DNA of 64,000 bases from Spirochaetota bacterium (GTDB taxonomy: Bacteria; Spirochaetota; UBA4802; JAFGDQ01), in the NCBI GenBank assembly GCA_043803405.1, contig JAZDKB010000019.1, forward strand, positions 64,001 to 128,000, read 5' to 3'. Positions 28,264 through 37,937 of the stretch are shown piece by piece (positions within the stretch are counted from its first letter, which is position 1; every line of letters begins with the position of its first letter). The position numbers were made by a program, and so were the translations under genes. Under the pieces are notes generated by a model. It searched no databases, was not told the DNA's origin, and was given only the letters and a program-made list of their open reading frames with translations.

Positions 28264-29328
28264 ATGCAGGATAAAATAAAAGTACATATAGTTGATGATG
28301 CTGCCAGCGTACGGATTGTGCTTACTGATATTCTGGAAAATGATCCTGCTATTAAAGTAATTGCTGCTTCTGCGGATCCGATTATTGCCGAAAGAGCGCT
28401 GGAAAAAGAATGGCCCGATGTTTTTATTCTTGATGTGGAAATGCCGAATAAAGACGGCATAACTTTTTTAAAAGAGATAATGGCAAAAAGGCCCACTCCA
28501 GTCGTGATGTGTTCGTTCCTTACGGTTAAGGGCGCAAAGGTGACAATGGACGCAATGGCCGCGGGGGCTGTAGAAGTAATTGCAAAGCCGGAAGTTGGGC
28601 AAAAGGATTTTTTTTATGAATCCGCTTCGATGCTGATTGATGTCGTAAAATCGGCTTCCCGTGCAAATGTAAAGATGCTGCTTAAAGGCAGCATAACCAG
28701 TTCCGCACAGCCGTTAAGCGCGGATGCGGTGCTTAGCCCGTGGGACGGGCATAAAATTACAGTCTCAACCGATAAAATAATTGCCATCGGGTCGTCTGCC
28801 GGCGGAGTGCAGGCGCTTGAACATATATTTTCTAAACTTCCCGAATCTCTTCCGGGAATTGTACTGGTGCAGCATATGCCGGAAAAATTTACCGGAGCCC
28901 TTGCCGAACGTCTGAACGAAACAAGCGCCGTTTCCGTAAAAGAAGCTGAGGATGGAGATCACATAGTATCCGGCAAAGCTTTTGTGGCGCCCGGGAACCG
29001 TCATATGCTTATTGATAGGACCGGGGATAATTACAGAATAGTAATTAAAGACGGCCCTCTGGTGACCAGGCACAGGCCGTCTGTTGATGTGCTTTTTCGT
29101 TCTGTGGCAAAAACGGCAGGGAAGAATGCTATCGGTATAATATTGACAGGTATGGGCGACGACGGTGCAGCAGGTTTGCTGGAAATGAAAAATGCGGGTT
29201 CAAATACAATTGCTCAGAATGAAGAAACATGCGTTGTATTTGGAATGCCGTTTGAAGCTATTAAGCGAGGCGCAGCGGATAAGGTTCTGCCTCTACAGGA
29301 TATACCTGACCAGATGATTCGCTTTTAA
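28264..29328 (+). CDS. cheB: Chemotaxis methylesterase CheB
   Basis: REC domain plus catalytic motifs GSSAGG, QHMP, HRPSVDVLF and LTGMGDDGA. Confidence 0.96.
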   Translation: MQDKIKVHIVDDAASVRIVLTDILENDPAIKVIAASADPIIAERALEKEWPDVFILDVEMPNKDGITFLKEIMAKRPTPVVMCSFLTVKGAKVTMDAMAAGAVEVIAKPEVGQKDFFYESASMLIDVVKSASRANVKMLLKGSITSSAQPLSADAVLSPWDGHKITVSTDKIIAIGSSAGGVQALEHIFSKLPESLPGIVLVQHMPEKFTGALAERLNETSAVSVKEAEDGDHIVSGKAFVAPGNRHMLIDRTGDNYRIVIKDGPLVTRHRPSVDVLFRSVAKTAGKNAIGIILTGMGDDGAAGLLEMKNAGSNTIAQNEETCVVFGMPFEAIKRGAADKVLPLQDIPDQMIRF

Positions 29329-29360
29329 TACGATATCACTAAACAATACGAGGTAAAAAA

Positions 29361-30539
29361 ATGGATCAAAAAATCATGGATGTTCTTAATAATACTGCCG
29401 ATGAATTCGGGAAAATAGCAAGAAAAGTCAACGAATCGTCAAAGAAACGAAAAAGCTACTCCGAGGAAGCGATCAATTATATCAATCAGTGCCTCGAAAT
29501 GGAAGAATCATTATGGAAGGATATTGAATTCTTTTTCGATGCCAACATGAAGGAAAGAGATAAGGATACTATTGTATTCAATACATGTAAAATATTAAAA
29601 TTAAATATGGATAATCAAAAACAGATTTTAAATGAACTGCAGAAAAAAAATCTGTTAAACAAAGAGACGTTCGAAAAATTATCCTTATTAATTAAGGATT
29701 TTATGCAAACTCTTGAAGAGGCTTTATCCAACGTTCAAAGGATTATTGAAAAAGATAATCTGATAATTCTAATGGATAAGATATTAAAAAGAAGAAAACA
29801 ATTGCAGCAGCAATCGCTTGTAATGCTGAAAGACCTTGCAAACACAAGTCTTCAAAATGCAGAAAAGGCTATTCAGGGCTCTTCTGCCAATCTTGAAAGA
29901 GGGCTTAAGATGGTCGAAAGATTTAAAAATACCGAAAAATATATTAATGAAAAGAATACTCAGGAATTGAATAATTTAATAGCTGAAGCAAATAAGGGGT
30001 GGAACGTCGCGACCGAAGTAAATAAAAACTCAAATGCACAGTTTGAATTTGCGGAAAAGGTAAATAACTTTACAGCCCAGTTGTATGCGGATTCCAATAT
30101 AATAAAAGATCTTATTGTTCAGAAACATCATGAATTTGAAGAAAACCTGCAGATTGTAACTGTGCTGACTATAATCCTTTCAATGAAATTTAAAAAATAT
30201 CTTTCAATTGAAGATATTGCGGATTCAATTCCGCTTAACGACAGTAACCGTGAGTTGCTGCTGAATCTTGTTGATTATATAAAAGTCGCATGCCAGGATA
30301 TTAGAGAAGTGACTGCGCTAAATTATGATATGACCGATACCAGTAATTTGAATAACGCAGTTGAAGATAAAGCTGTTAAAATGACGACTAAAGAAGTCGA
30401 ACTTTTTGAAAATATTAAAAAAGAAGTCGAGTTTATGACTGAGGCTACCAGATATCCGGTTGAAGGTTCCGGTAAAAATATTATAAACGGACAACTGCTG
30501 GAAAAGAATCTGAAAGAGATGGTTGCCGGACTGCATTAA
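29361..30539 (+). CDS. Hypothetical all-helical protein with a two-fold internal duplication
   Basis: 392 aa with no clear TM and a GAGGT RBS. Motifs repeat at an offset of 196-197 aa. Confidence 0.75.
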   Translation: MDQKIMDVLNNTADEFGKIARKVNESSKKRKSYSEEAINYINQCLEMEESLWKDIEFFFDANMKERDKDTIVFNTCKILKLNMDNQKQILNELQKKNLLNKETFEKLSLLIKDFMQTLEEALSNVQRIIEKDNLIILMDKILKRRKQLQQQSLVMLKDLANTSLQNAEKAIQGSSANLERGLKMVERFKNTEKYINEKNTQELNNLIAEANKGWNVATEVNKNSNAQFEFAEKVNNFTAQLYADSNIIKDLIVQKHHEFEENLQIVTVLTIILSMKFKKYLSIEDIADSIPLNDSNRELLLNLVDYIKVACQDIREVTALNYDMTDTSNLNNAVEDKAVKMTTKEVELFENIKKEVEFMTEATRYPVEGSGKNIINGQLLEKNLKEMVAGLH

Positions 30540-30540
30540 T

Positions 30541-30624
30541 CATAAGCAAGATTGTGAGTTGTATAAACAAGATTATTAGTTGCATAAGCAGGAAAGTAAC
30601 TTGAATAGGCAAGAAAGTAAAATA
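30541..30624. repeat. Degenerate 21-bp tandem repeat, four copies
   Basis: CATAAGCAAGATTGTGAGTTG / TATAAACAAGATTATTAGTTG / CATAAGCAGGAAAGTAACTTG / AATAGGCAAGAAAGTAAAATA. Confidence 0.8.
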
Positions 30625-30788
30625 CGTTATGTGTTCCCCGTCCTTAGCCGGATTCCCGGTACTGATGGTTTCCCTCGCAGGCATGTCTTCGTGTCTGTCA
30701 CGAGCATATTCCGATTTTTTACCTCATGATAAATTGAAATGATCAATAATTACATGCTGCCAAATATCTTCTATATTATTAAAATATA

Positions 30789-30817
30789 TTGACTAATAGA
30801 TATTATCTCCATATTCT
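30789..30817 (+). promoter_or_regulatory. Putative sigma70 promoter of the cyclase gene
   Basis: TTGACT-17 bp-TATTCT. Confidence 0.55.
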
Positions 30818-30905
30818 AAGCACATAATTTTAAATAAATAGATTTCCCGGTATATGTTGCAGAATCTACAAATAGAAACACAATAAAACAAACAAGGAAA
30901 AGCAA

Positions 30906-32846
30906 ATGCCGTTTTTTAAAAAGAAAGACGACTCGGGCCTGAGCGATATCAGAAAAATCCGTTTCGGACTAAAATCGAAATTTTCGCTTATTTTATCTTT
31001 AATAATGATAATCGTCATAGCTGTTTTGTCGGTGGTTATGTATCTTAATCAGAAAAGCCTTCTTGAGCAGGAAAGAAATACCAAAGCAAGCATACTTACT
31101 CACATCCTGGCAGGGCCGGCTGAATATTATCTGGATAAGACCGTTAAAACTACTGACAAAGAGCTGAATTTAAAATACGAGACCATCAGCACGGAAGCAT
31201 TAAATTATAAAAATTTTAACGATGATATCGAAAAAATAATATTAACGGATGAGAAAGGCAATGTCCGGTTCAGCACCGATAATGCGGATTATAAAAAGAA
31301 AGACATTTATCCCTATATAAAAAAATCCCTTGGACAGCAGAGAGAAGAACTTGAGTATTTCGATTTTTACGAAAACATAACTCCGGGCGCTGGTTCTAAA
31401 TACAAGCCGAACGAAGGAAATTATTTTACCAGGTTTTTAAATATTTTCACAAAAAAAGAAAACGCAGTCAGCAGCATTTCCCTGCGCGCGATCACATACC
31501 CGATTTTTCTTCACAAAGGCAACGTAATTGAGCTGTTGCAGGATTTTAAAGACAACTATAAAAAGTATCATGCATCGGACACGGGGACACGAAATAAAAT
31601 TTATAACTATTTATGGAAGAAATACGAGAACACTCTGAGTGCGGCATTTAAGCAGGAAATGAAACGGCCGCGTACTCCGTTAAGAAGAATCGTTAAAGCA
31701 GGGGACATTGATTTTCTGTTCCTTGATCTTTTCGGGGAAATATTGATTTTGCGGGACAGAAGGGTGAACAGGGACGAGAGATGGATATTCCGCGATGCAT
31801 GGCTTGTCGCGGAAAAGACAAAGAAAGAGGATGCTTATTTAAAAGATAATTCAATAAAAGCGAAGGAGATAAACGATCTTATTATTTCCAGAATGGAAGT
31901 CATTGCCTCAAAGGTCGAAAGCGTCCGCCGTCTTGGGGCGATTGCTGTCACGTTTAATATAGATAAAGTAAAAGCTGAACTGGACAACACGGTCAATAAA
32001 ATTTTAGTTCTGGCTCTTATCATGATCGTTGTCTGTTTAATCTCTTTCAGGTTTATTTTGAATTTCATGATTCATAATCTGGAAAAACTTGAGAGATGGG
32101 CCGCATCTGTAAGCTCAGGCAACCTTGACACAAAGATCGTAATTAATACAAACGACGAGATAGGCAGGCTTGGCGATATTTTTAATAACATGATAGACCA
32201 GATTGCCGTGAAGTATAATCTTGAAAAATTTCTTTCCAGCTCGGCAATAAGCATGATTAGGAAAAAATCCGACTCCGCCGCAGAGCTTACGCTTGGCGGC
32301 ACGGAGAGGAGAAACCTTGTGTTCCTGTTTTCCGATGTTCGCGGCTTTACTTCTTTCTCGGAGAAGAACGATGCAAGCATAGTTATGGAGGTACTGAGCC
32401 ATTACCTTGATCTTCAGGCTAATGTGATTATGTCGAATAAAGGCGATATAGACAATTATATCGGTGACGAAATTATGGCACATTTCAGGGGGGAGGACAA
32501 TGTTGAAAGAGCGGTAGATTCTGCGATCGGGATATTAAAGGCAGTAGCTAATGAAAACGCAGCGCGGACAAAAGAAAATCTTCCTATCTTTGAAGTCGGG
32601 ATCGGCATTCATGGCGGCGATGTCGTTGTCGGAAATATCGGCACAAAGGTAAGGATGGTTTATACATGTATAGGCGATGCTGTAAATCTTTCAGCCAGGT
32701 TGTGCTCAAAAGCGAATGCCGGAGAAGTTCTTATATCGAAAAATATTTTTGATAAAGCTGCAAAAAAATATAAGGGCACTAATGCGGATTCAATAAGCGT
32801 AAAAGGGAAAGATAAACCGATCCATATTATCAGGATTAAAGTTTAG
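30906..32846 (+). CDS. Membrane class III adenylate/guanylate cyclase (2 TM, large extracytoplasmic domain, HAMP)
   Basis: HAMP DEIGRLGDIFNNM, FSDVRGFT, IGDEIMA, GIGIHGG, YTCIGDAVNLSARL. Confidence 0.92.
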   Translation: MPFFKKKDDSGLSDIRKIRFGLKSKFSLILSLIMIIVIAVLSVVMYLNQKSLLEQERNTKASILTHILAGPAEYYLDKTVKTTDKELNLKYETISTEALNYKNFNDDIEKIILTDEKGNVRFSTDNADYKKKDIYPYIKKSLGQQREELEYFDFYENITPGAGSKYKPNEGNYFTRFLNIFTKKENAVSSISLRAITYPIFLHKGNVIELLQDFKDNYKKYHASDTGTRNKIYNYLWKKYENTLSAAFKQEMKRPRTPLRRIVKAGDIDFLFLDLFGEILILRDRRVNRDERWIFRDAWLVAEKTKKEDAYLKDNSIKAKEINDLIISRMEVIASKVESVRRLGAIAVTFNIDKVKAELDNTVNKILVLALIMIVVCLISFRFILNFMIHNLEKLERWAASVSSGNLDTKIVINTNDEIGRLGDIFNNMIDQIAVKYNLEKFLSSSAISMIRKKSDSAAELTLGGTERRNLVFLFSDVRGFTSFSEKNDASIVMEVLSHYLDLQANVIMSNKGDIDNYIGDEIMAHFRGEDNVERAVDSAIGILKAVANENAARTKENLPIFEVGIGIHGGDVVVGNIGTKVRMVYTCIGDAVNLSARLCSKANAGEVLISKNIFDKAAKKYKGTNADSISVKGKDKPIHIIRIKV

Positions 32847-32956
32847 CCATATCCCTTTTATTGCCAATTACTTACGGTTTCATAATTATATAATTATCCC
32901 TTGAATGTTTCCCTGTTATTTATTATATTATATGGGCTTGCAAAAAAGTATAATTT

Positions 32957-34036
32957 ATGAAGAAACATTTAAAGGCGCATCTTACTAAAAATTTTCTATG
33001 TATTATAATGTTAATTATCTCCGGATATACAGGAAAATTATCCGCCGAAACAGAAATTAAACAGGATTCTATTACAATCGGGGCGTTCGGCGGAAAAACA
33101 GATGTTCACGGATATTATAAAAACAAACTAAGCGACGGATACAATTTCGGAATTTTTCTTGATTATTCGATTTTTAACAGCAATTATTTTTTTTTAGAAA
33201 CCGGTCTTTCCTACACGGAACTCTCCCTTGAAAACAATTCATTATCGAAACTTTCTTTATATTCGTTAGGTCTCGGTCCTGTTATTTGCATTCCTGAATT
33301 GCGCTACATAAAACCTTATGCCGGCTTGCTGGCAACCGTAAATTATCTTGACCTGAATGCCGTATCAACGCGCAAAACAGAAAAAACTGTCAAAGCAGGT
33401 TTAACTGCAAAGGCCGGCCTTTTTATTCCTGTATATAAAGATATTTCGTTCAATTTAGGCTTTAAATATTCGACGAACGAGCTTTCGGGCAAAGCCTTTC
33501 AGAATACAACATACCTTGGAGGAATATCGTACTCCTATAATTTCGTTTCAGGAGAAAAAGCCGAAAGATCCATAAAGCAGATAGAGATAGACGACTATTA
33601 TGAATCGGGAATAAAATATTTTAAAACCGGCGACGGCATAAAAGCAAAGGAATATTTTAATAAAGTCACATCCTATGACAAGGATTACAAAGATGTAAAA
33701 AATTATCTGGGAATAATTATTTTAAATGAAGACAAGTTTGAGAAGGCGGAAAAGTTTGCTTCGGAAAACAGATTTTTTGAAGCCCTGCCATTATTAATAG
33801 ATGCGGAAAAATATTTAATTGAAGCTAATAAAAAGCTTAATGAAGTCAGGACGCGGCTTAAAGAGGAAGAGAATATACTTGTAAAAAACGGCATTGAAGC
33901 TTACAATAAAGAAGACTATGAACGGTGCATTTTTTTCATGAGAAGAGTGCAGCTGATAAATCCTGAAAATGAATCTGCAAACATTTATCTCCCACGGGCT
34001 GTAATAAGATATAACGCGCTGCGAAAGTTCGAATAG
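32957..34036 (+). CDS. Outer-membrane beta-barrel plus TPR-like helical domain protein
   Basis: Signal peptide, 8-strand OmpA/OmpW-like N-terminal half (IKPYAGL...YLGGISYSY) and TPR-like C-terminal helices. Confidence 0.65.
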   Translation: MKKHLKAHLTKNFLCIIMLIISGYTGKLSAETEIKQDSITIGAFGGKTDVHGYYKNKLSDGYNFGIFLDYSIFNSNYFFLETGLSYTELSLENNSLSKLSLYSLGLGPVICIPELRYIKPYAGLLATVNYLDLNAVSTRKTEKTVKAGLTAKAGLFIPVYKDISFNLGFKYSTNELSGKAFQNTTYLGGISYSYNFVSGEKAERSIKQIEIDDYYESGIKYFKTGDGIKAKEYFNKVTSYDKDYKDVKNYLGIIILNEDKFEKAEKFASENRFFEALPLLIDAEKYLIEANKKLNEVRTRLKEEENILVKNGIEAYNKEDYERCIFFMRRVQLINPENESANIYLPRAVIRYNALRKFE

Positions 34037-34056
34037 AAACTTTCCGGGTATCTTTT

Positions 34057-36831
34057 ATGAAAATAAAATATAAAATAATTATTTTAATGGTAATTGTGAT
34101 AATCGTGGGATCCTTGCCATTATCGCTGTATATTCTTGGAAGAGAAAGCGATGAAAAAATTTCTCTTCTCATCGATCAGGGGATAATGAACAGCCGGATG
34201 CTTTCGCGATCCGCACTTAATATTATTTTAATGAACGGCGGAGACATTAAGGCTGCATCAGTCGATGCGGGTGAAATGATATCAATGCTGGCTCCGTTAA
34301 AAGACACAGGATTAATTTATGCGGATGCTGTTCTTGTGTCGAATAATCCGGAATATAACGGATACGTTTTAGCCAGTATCCGCAATGAAGAAAAAATTAA
34401 AGATAAATCCGGTACAAAAAACATTTCTTATAATAAGACTGCCGCTTTAACCGCAAAGGAAATCTTTGAAGAAGAATACATACCGGATTTCGGAGGCTAT
34501 GTTTATAAAATAATCTCAACTTCTTCGGTATCCGGAAAAAATTTTAAATGCGCCGGGCGTCTCTTCTTTTCAAAATCGGCTATTTATTCAAATATTAACA
34601 GGCTGCGTCATGTCGCTTATGTCACGGTAATCATAAGCATGCTTATCACTATTGGAATAGGATTGATCCTGGGCCGGTTTATTTCAGGGCCTATAGAAAC
34701 TCTGATAAACGAAGTTGAAATTATAGGCAGCGGCGATCTGGATCATCATATAAATATAAAAGGGAAAGATGAGATCGGAAAGCTCGCAACCACATTTAAC
34801 CATCTGGCACAGGTGCTTAAACTTGAAATTAATCATCTTAGAAATAAGAATATAGAACTGGAGCGGATCAACAATCTTAAGGATGATTTTCTTGCAAATG
34901 TCACTCACGAGTTAAGAACGCCGCTTTACGGGATGACGGGACTTGCCGAGTCGCTTATCGACGGGGTAGCCGGAGACCTCGAGGAAAAGGCAAAATATAA
35001 CCTTTCACTCATGATAAGCAGCGGAAAAAGATTATCGAGCCTGGTAAATGACATCCTTGATTATTCCCAGCTTAAACACAGCGATATCCCTTTAAATTTA
35101 ACCTCCATTAATTTACATTCAATAGTAAAATTGATAATATCAATCTGCACACCTTTGATAGAAAACAAGGAATTAATAATCAGAACAAACATTGAACCCG
35201 ATTCCTTTTTCGTGTATGCGGATGAAAACAGACTTCAGCAGATTTTGCTTAATTTAGTCGGTAATGCGGTTAAATTTACCGAATCGGGAGAAATCATGAT
35301 ATCTGCAAACGCATCTTCAGAGATTGAAGATGAAGTAGTCGTCTCCATCAGGGATACCGGCATCGGTATTGTGAAAGAGGATCAGGAAAGAATTTTTGAG
35401 TTGTTCGAGCAGGCTGGCGGGTCAATATCGAAATACAAGACCGGTACAGGCATAGGTCTTTCAATAAGCAGGCAGCTTGTAGAACTGCACGGCGGTAAAA
35501 TAAAAGTAGATTCCGAAGCCGGTAAAGGCGCATGTTTTTCTTTTACTCTTAAAAGAAGCGATAGAAAGACAATTTTAATAAAAGACAGGAGTATGAAATA
35601 TGTTCCCGATCTGCAGAACAATAACGAAAGCCCTGTATTTGACGATGAGATAATTCCTCAGAACGTTGATCCGAATAATAAGCTGGCATACAGCAAAGTA
35701 ATGATTGTCGATGATGAACCCGTTAATTGTCAGATTTTAATTAACTATCTGTATATGGAAGATTATATAATAATACCTGTTGCCAACGGCCAGGAAGCGC
35801 TGAACAAGATAAATAACGGCCATGTTCCGGATTTGTTGATTTTGGATGTAATGCTCCCGGTTATGTCCGGTTATGAAGTATGCAAAAAGATAAGAGAAAA
35901 ATATTCGTCAGGGGAACTTCCTGTGATTATGCTTACTGCAAAAACCAGCCCGGACGATATGATAATCGGCTTTGAAGCAGGGACAAACGACTATTTAACA
36001 AAACCGGTAGGGAAGGCTGAACTTCTGGCCAGGGTAAACGGTCTTTTACAGTTAAGAAGATCGGTTCAGGCTCAGGCTAAACTAAGTCTTATTAAGAGAG
36101 AGATGAATATTGCCCATTCAATACAAACGTCTTTATTAGAAAACAAGATGCCGGATATCGAGAATGCTTCACTGGCTCTAAGATATTATCCGATGTACGA
36201 GATCGGCGGAGATTTTTATGAGATATCGCAAATAGATGAAAATAGAATCAGTATTCTATTGGCTGATGTTTCGGGACACGGAATACCGGCAGCTTTTATT
36301 TCAGGGATGTTAAAGGTAATCTGCAACTTCCACAGCAAAAACGCGCAGAATCCGGCGGAATTTCTGAACAATATTAATGAAGCAATATATAATCTGGTTG
36401 AAGAGCAGTTTATAACCGCGTGTTATGCTATAATAGATTTTAAAGAAAGAAAAATTACTCAGGCAAACGCAGGACACTGGCCAATACTGCTATACAGGCA
36501 AAACACAAATGAACTTATTATAAATGAAGAGAATGGAATGCCTTTAGGTTGCACGCCGGAAGAAAAATATAAAAACAGCGAATATGATTTACAAGTTAAT
36601 GACAGATTAATTTTTTACACAGACGGAGTTATTGAAATAAAAAATACGGAAAGGAAAATATTCGGCGCGCATAACTTTCATATGCTGATAAAGGCAACCG
36701 GAAATTATGAACTGGAAAAGTTCACTGACAAAATAATAGAAACGATCAAAAGATGGTACAATGTTACCGAACCTGTTTTTGCGGATGATGTAACACTGCT
36801 GGCTCTGGATATTAAAAAATTTAATTCTTAG
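34057..36831 (+). CDS. Hybrid sensor kinase: TM-HAMP-HisKA-HATPase-REC-SpoIIE/PP2C
   Basis: NVTHELRTPL, NLVGNAVKFT, GTGIGL, VDDEPVN..DVMLP, IGGDFY, ADVSGHG, YTDGV, DDVT. Confidence 0.92.
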   Translation: MKIKYKIIILMVIVIIVGSLPLSLYILGRESDEKISLLIDQGIMNSRMLSRSALNIILMNGGDIKAASVDAGEMISMLAPLKDTGLIYADAVLVSNNPEYNGYVLASIRNEEKIKDKSGTKNISYNKTAALTAKEIFEEEYIPDFGGYVYKIISTSSVSGKNFKCAGRLFFSKSAIYSNINRLRHVAYVTVIISMLITIGIGLILGRFISGPIETLINEVEIIGSGDLDHHINIKGKDEIGKLATTFNHLAQVLKLEINHLRNKNIELERINNLKDDFLANVTHELRTPLYGMTGLAESLIDGVAGDLEEKAKYNLSLMISSGKRLSSLVNDILDYSQLKHSDIPLNLTSINLHSIVKLIISICTPLIENKELIIRTNIEPDSFFVYADENRLQQILLNLVGNAVKFTESGEIMISANASSEIEDEVVVSIRDTGIGIVKEDQERIFELFEQAGGSISKYKTGTGIGLSISRQLVELHGGKIKVDSEAGKGACFSFTLKRSDRKTILIKDRSMKYVPDLQNNNESPVFDDEIIPQNVDPNNKLAYSKVMIVDDEPVNCQILINYLYMEDYIIIPVANGQEALNKINNGHVPDLLILDVMLPVMSGYEVCKKIREKYSSGELPVIMLTAKTSPDDMIIGFEAGTNDYLTKPVGKAELLARVNGLLQLRRSVQAQAKLSLIKREMNIAHSIQTSLLENKMPDIENASLALRYYPMYEIGGDFYEISQIDENRISILLADVSGHGIPAAFISGMLKVICNFHSKNAQNPAEFLNNINEAIYNLVEEQFITACYAIIDFKERKITQANAGHWPILLYRQNTNELIINEENGMPLGCTPEEKYKNSEYDLQVNDRLIFYTDGVIEIKNTERKIFGAHNFHMLIKATGNYELEKFTDKIIETIKRWYNVTEPVFADDVTLLALDIKKFNS

Positions 36832-36873
36832 AGTATGTTTAAAAATAAATAAATTGGCCTGCCCGGGGGAATT

Positions 36874-37740
36874 TTATTTTTCCTTATAAATCTCAGTCCC
36901 GATTCCGGCATCTGTGAATATTTCAAGCAACACAGCATGTTCAACCCTGCCGTCAATGATATGAGCTTTTTTTACGCCGCCTTTTAAAGCATCGAGACAG
37001 CAGTTAACTTTAGGGATCATGCCTCCGCTTATTTCCCCGCTCTTTATAAAATCAGGGATTTCGGCGTATTTTAAAGAAGAAACCAGCTTGTCATTAATTC
37101 TAACGCCTTCAATATCTGTTAAAAGTATAAGTTTCTCGGCTTTTAATCCTTCCGCTATTTTACCTGCGGCAAGGTCGGCATTAATATTATACGTTGTCCC
37201 CTGCTCATCGAAACCTACCGGGGCAATGACCGGAATAAATTTTTCTTTATCGAGAATATCAATTATTTTCGGATTAACATATTTAACAGTTCCAACCTGC
37301 CCGATGTCAATTTCCTTCCCGTCTAAAATATGGAATATCTTTTCCGCAATTAAAAGCCCCCCGTCTTTTCCGGAGAGGCCTACCGCTTTCCCACCTACCA
37401 TGTTTATATTATGAACGATTTCTTTGTTTACCTTGCCTATCAAAACCATCTCGACAACGTCCATTGTTTCTTTGTCTGTAACACGCAGCCCATCAACGAA
37501 TTCACTTACTTTGCCGATCTGTTTTAAAAGGCCGCCTATTTGCGGGCCGCCACCGTGTACAATTACGGGATTGATGCCGACTAATTTTAACAGAACCATA
37601 TCCCGTGCGAACGATTTCCCGATCTCTTCATCAATCATGGCATTCCCGCCATATTTGATAACAATGGTTTTGCCATGGAAGTCCTTAATATAAGGGAATG
37701 ATTCCATGAGCATATTAACTTTTTCGATATATTTTTTCAA
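36874..37740 (-). CDS. argB: N-acetylglutamate kinase
   Basis: [45 protein letters not shown] start at 37740 after AAGGAG. Confidence 0.96.
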   Translation of the reverse strand: MKKYIEKVNMLMESFPYIKDFHGKTIVIKYGGNAMIDEEIGKSFARDMVLLKLVGINPVIVHGGGPQIGGLLKQIGKVSEFVDGLRVTDKETMDVVEMVLIGKVNKEIVHNINMVGGKAVGLSGKDGGLLIAEKIFHILDGKEIDIGQVGTVKYVNPKIIDILDKEKFIPVIAPVGFDEQGTTYNINADLAAGKIAEGLKAEKLILLTDIEGVRINDKLVSSLKYAEIPDFIKSGEISGGMIPKVNCCLDALKGGVKKAHIIDGRVEHAVLLEIFTDAGIGTEIYKEK

Positions 37741-37937
37741 TGTTTGTTTTCTCCTTGAGATTACTAAGACTTTTATCCATAATTTGACTATAATATTACG
37801 GGGGAAGTCAGTCAAGTTGACTAAATAATTTATACATTAAAAACATTATTGAACTAATTATTCACACATGACATTAATATAATTGCAGTTCATGAAATTA
37901 AACAATAAAAATATTTCTGCTGTTGATATTATCGGAT

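Noticed and set aside
30481..30684. 67-aa minus-strand ORF with a hydrophobic heptad pattern
   Set aside because: Produced by the 21-bp tandem repeat and overlaps the upstream gene end; no other support.
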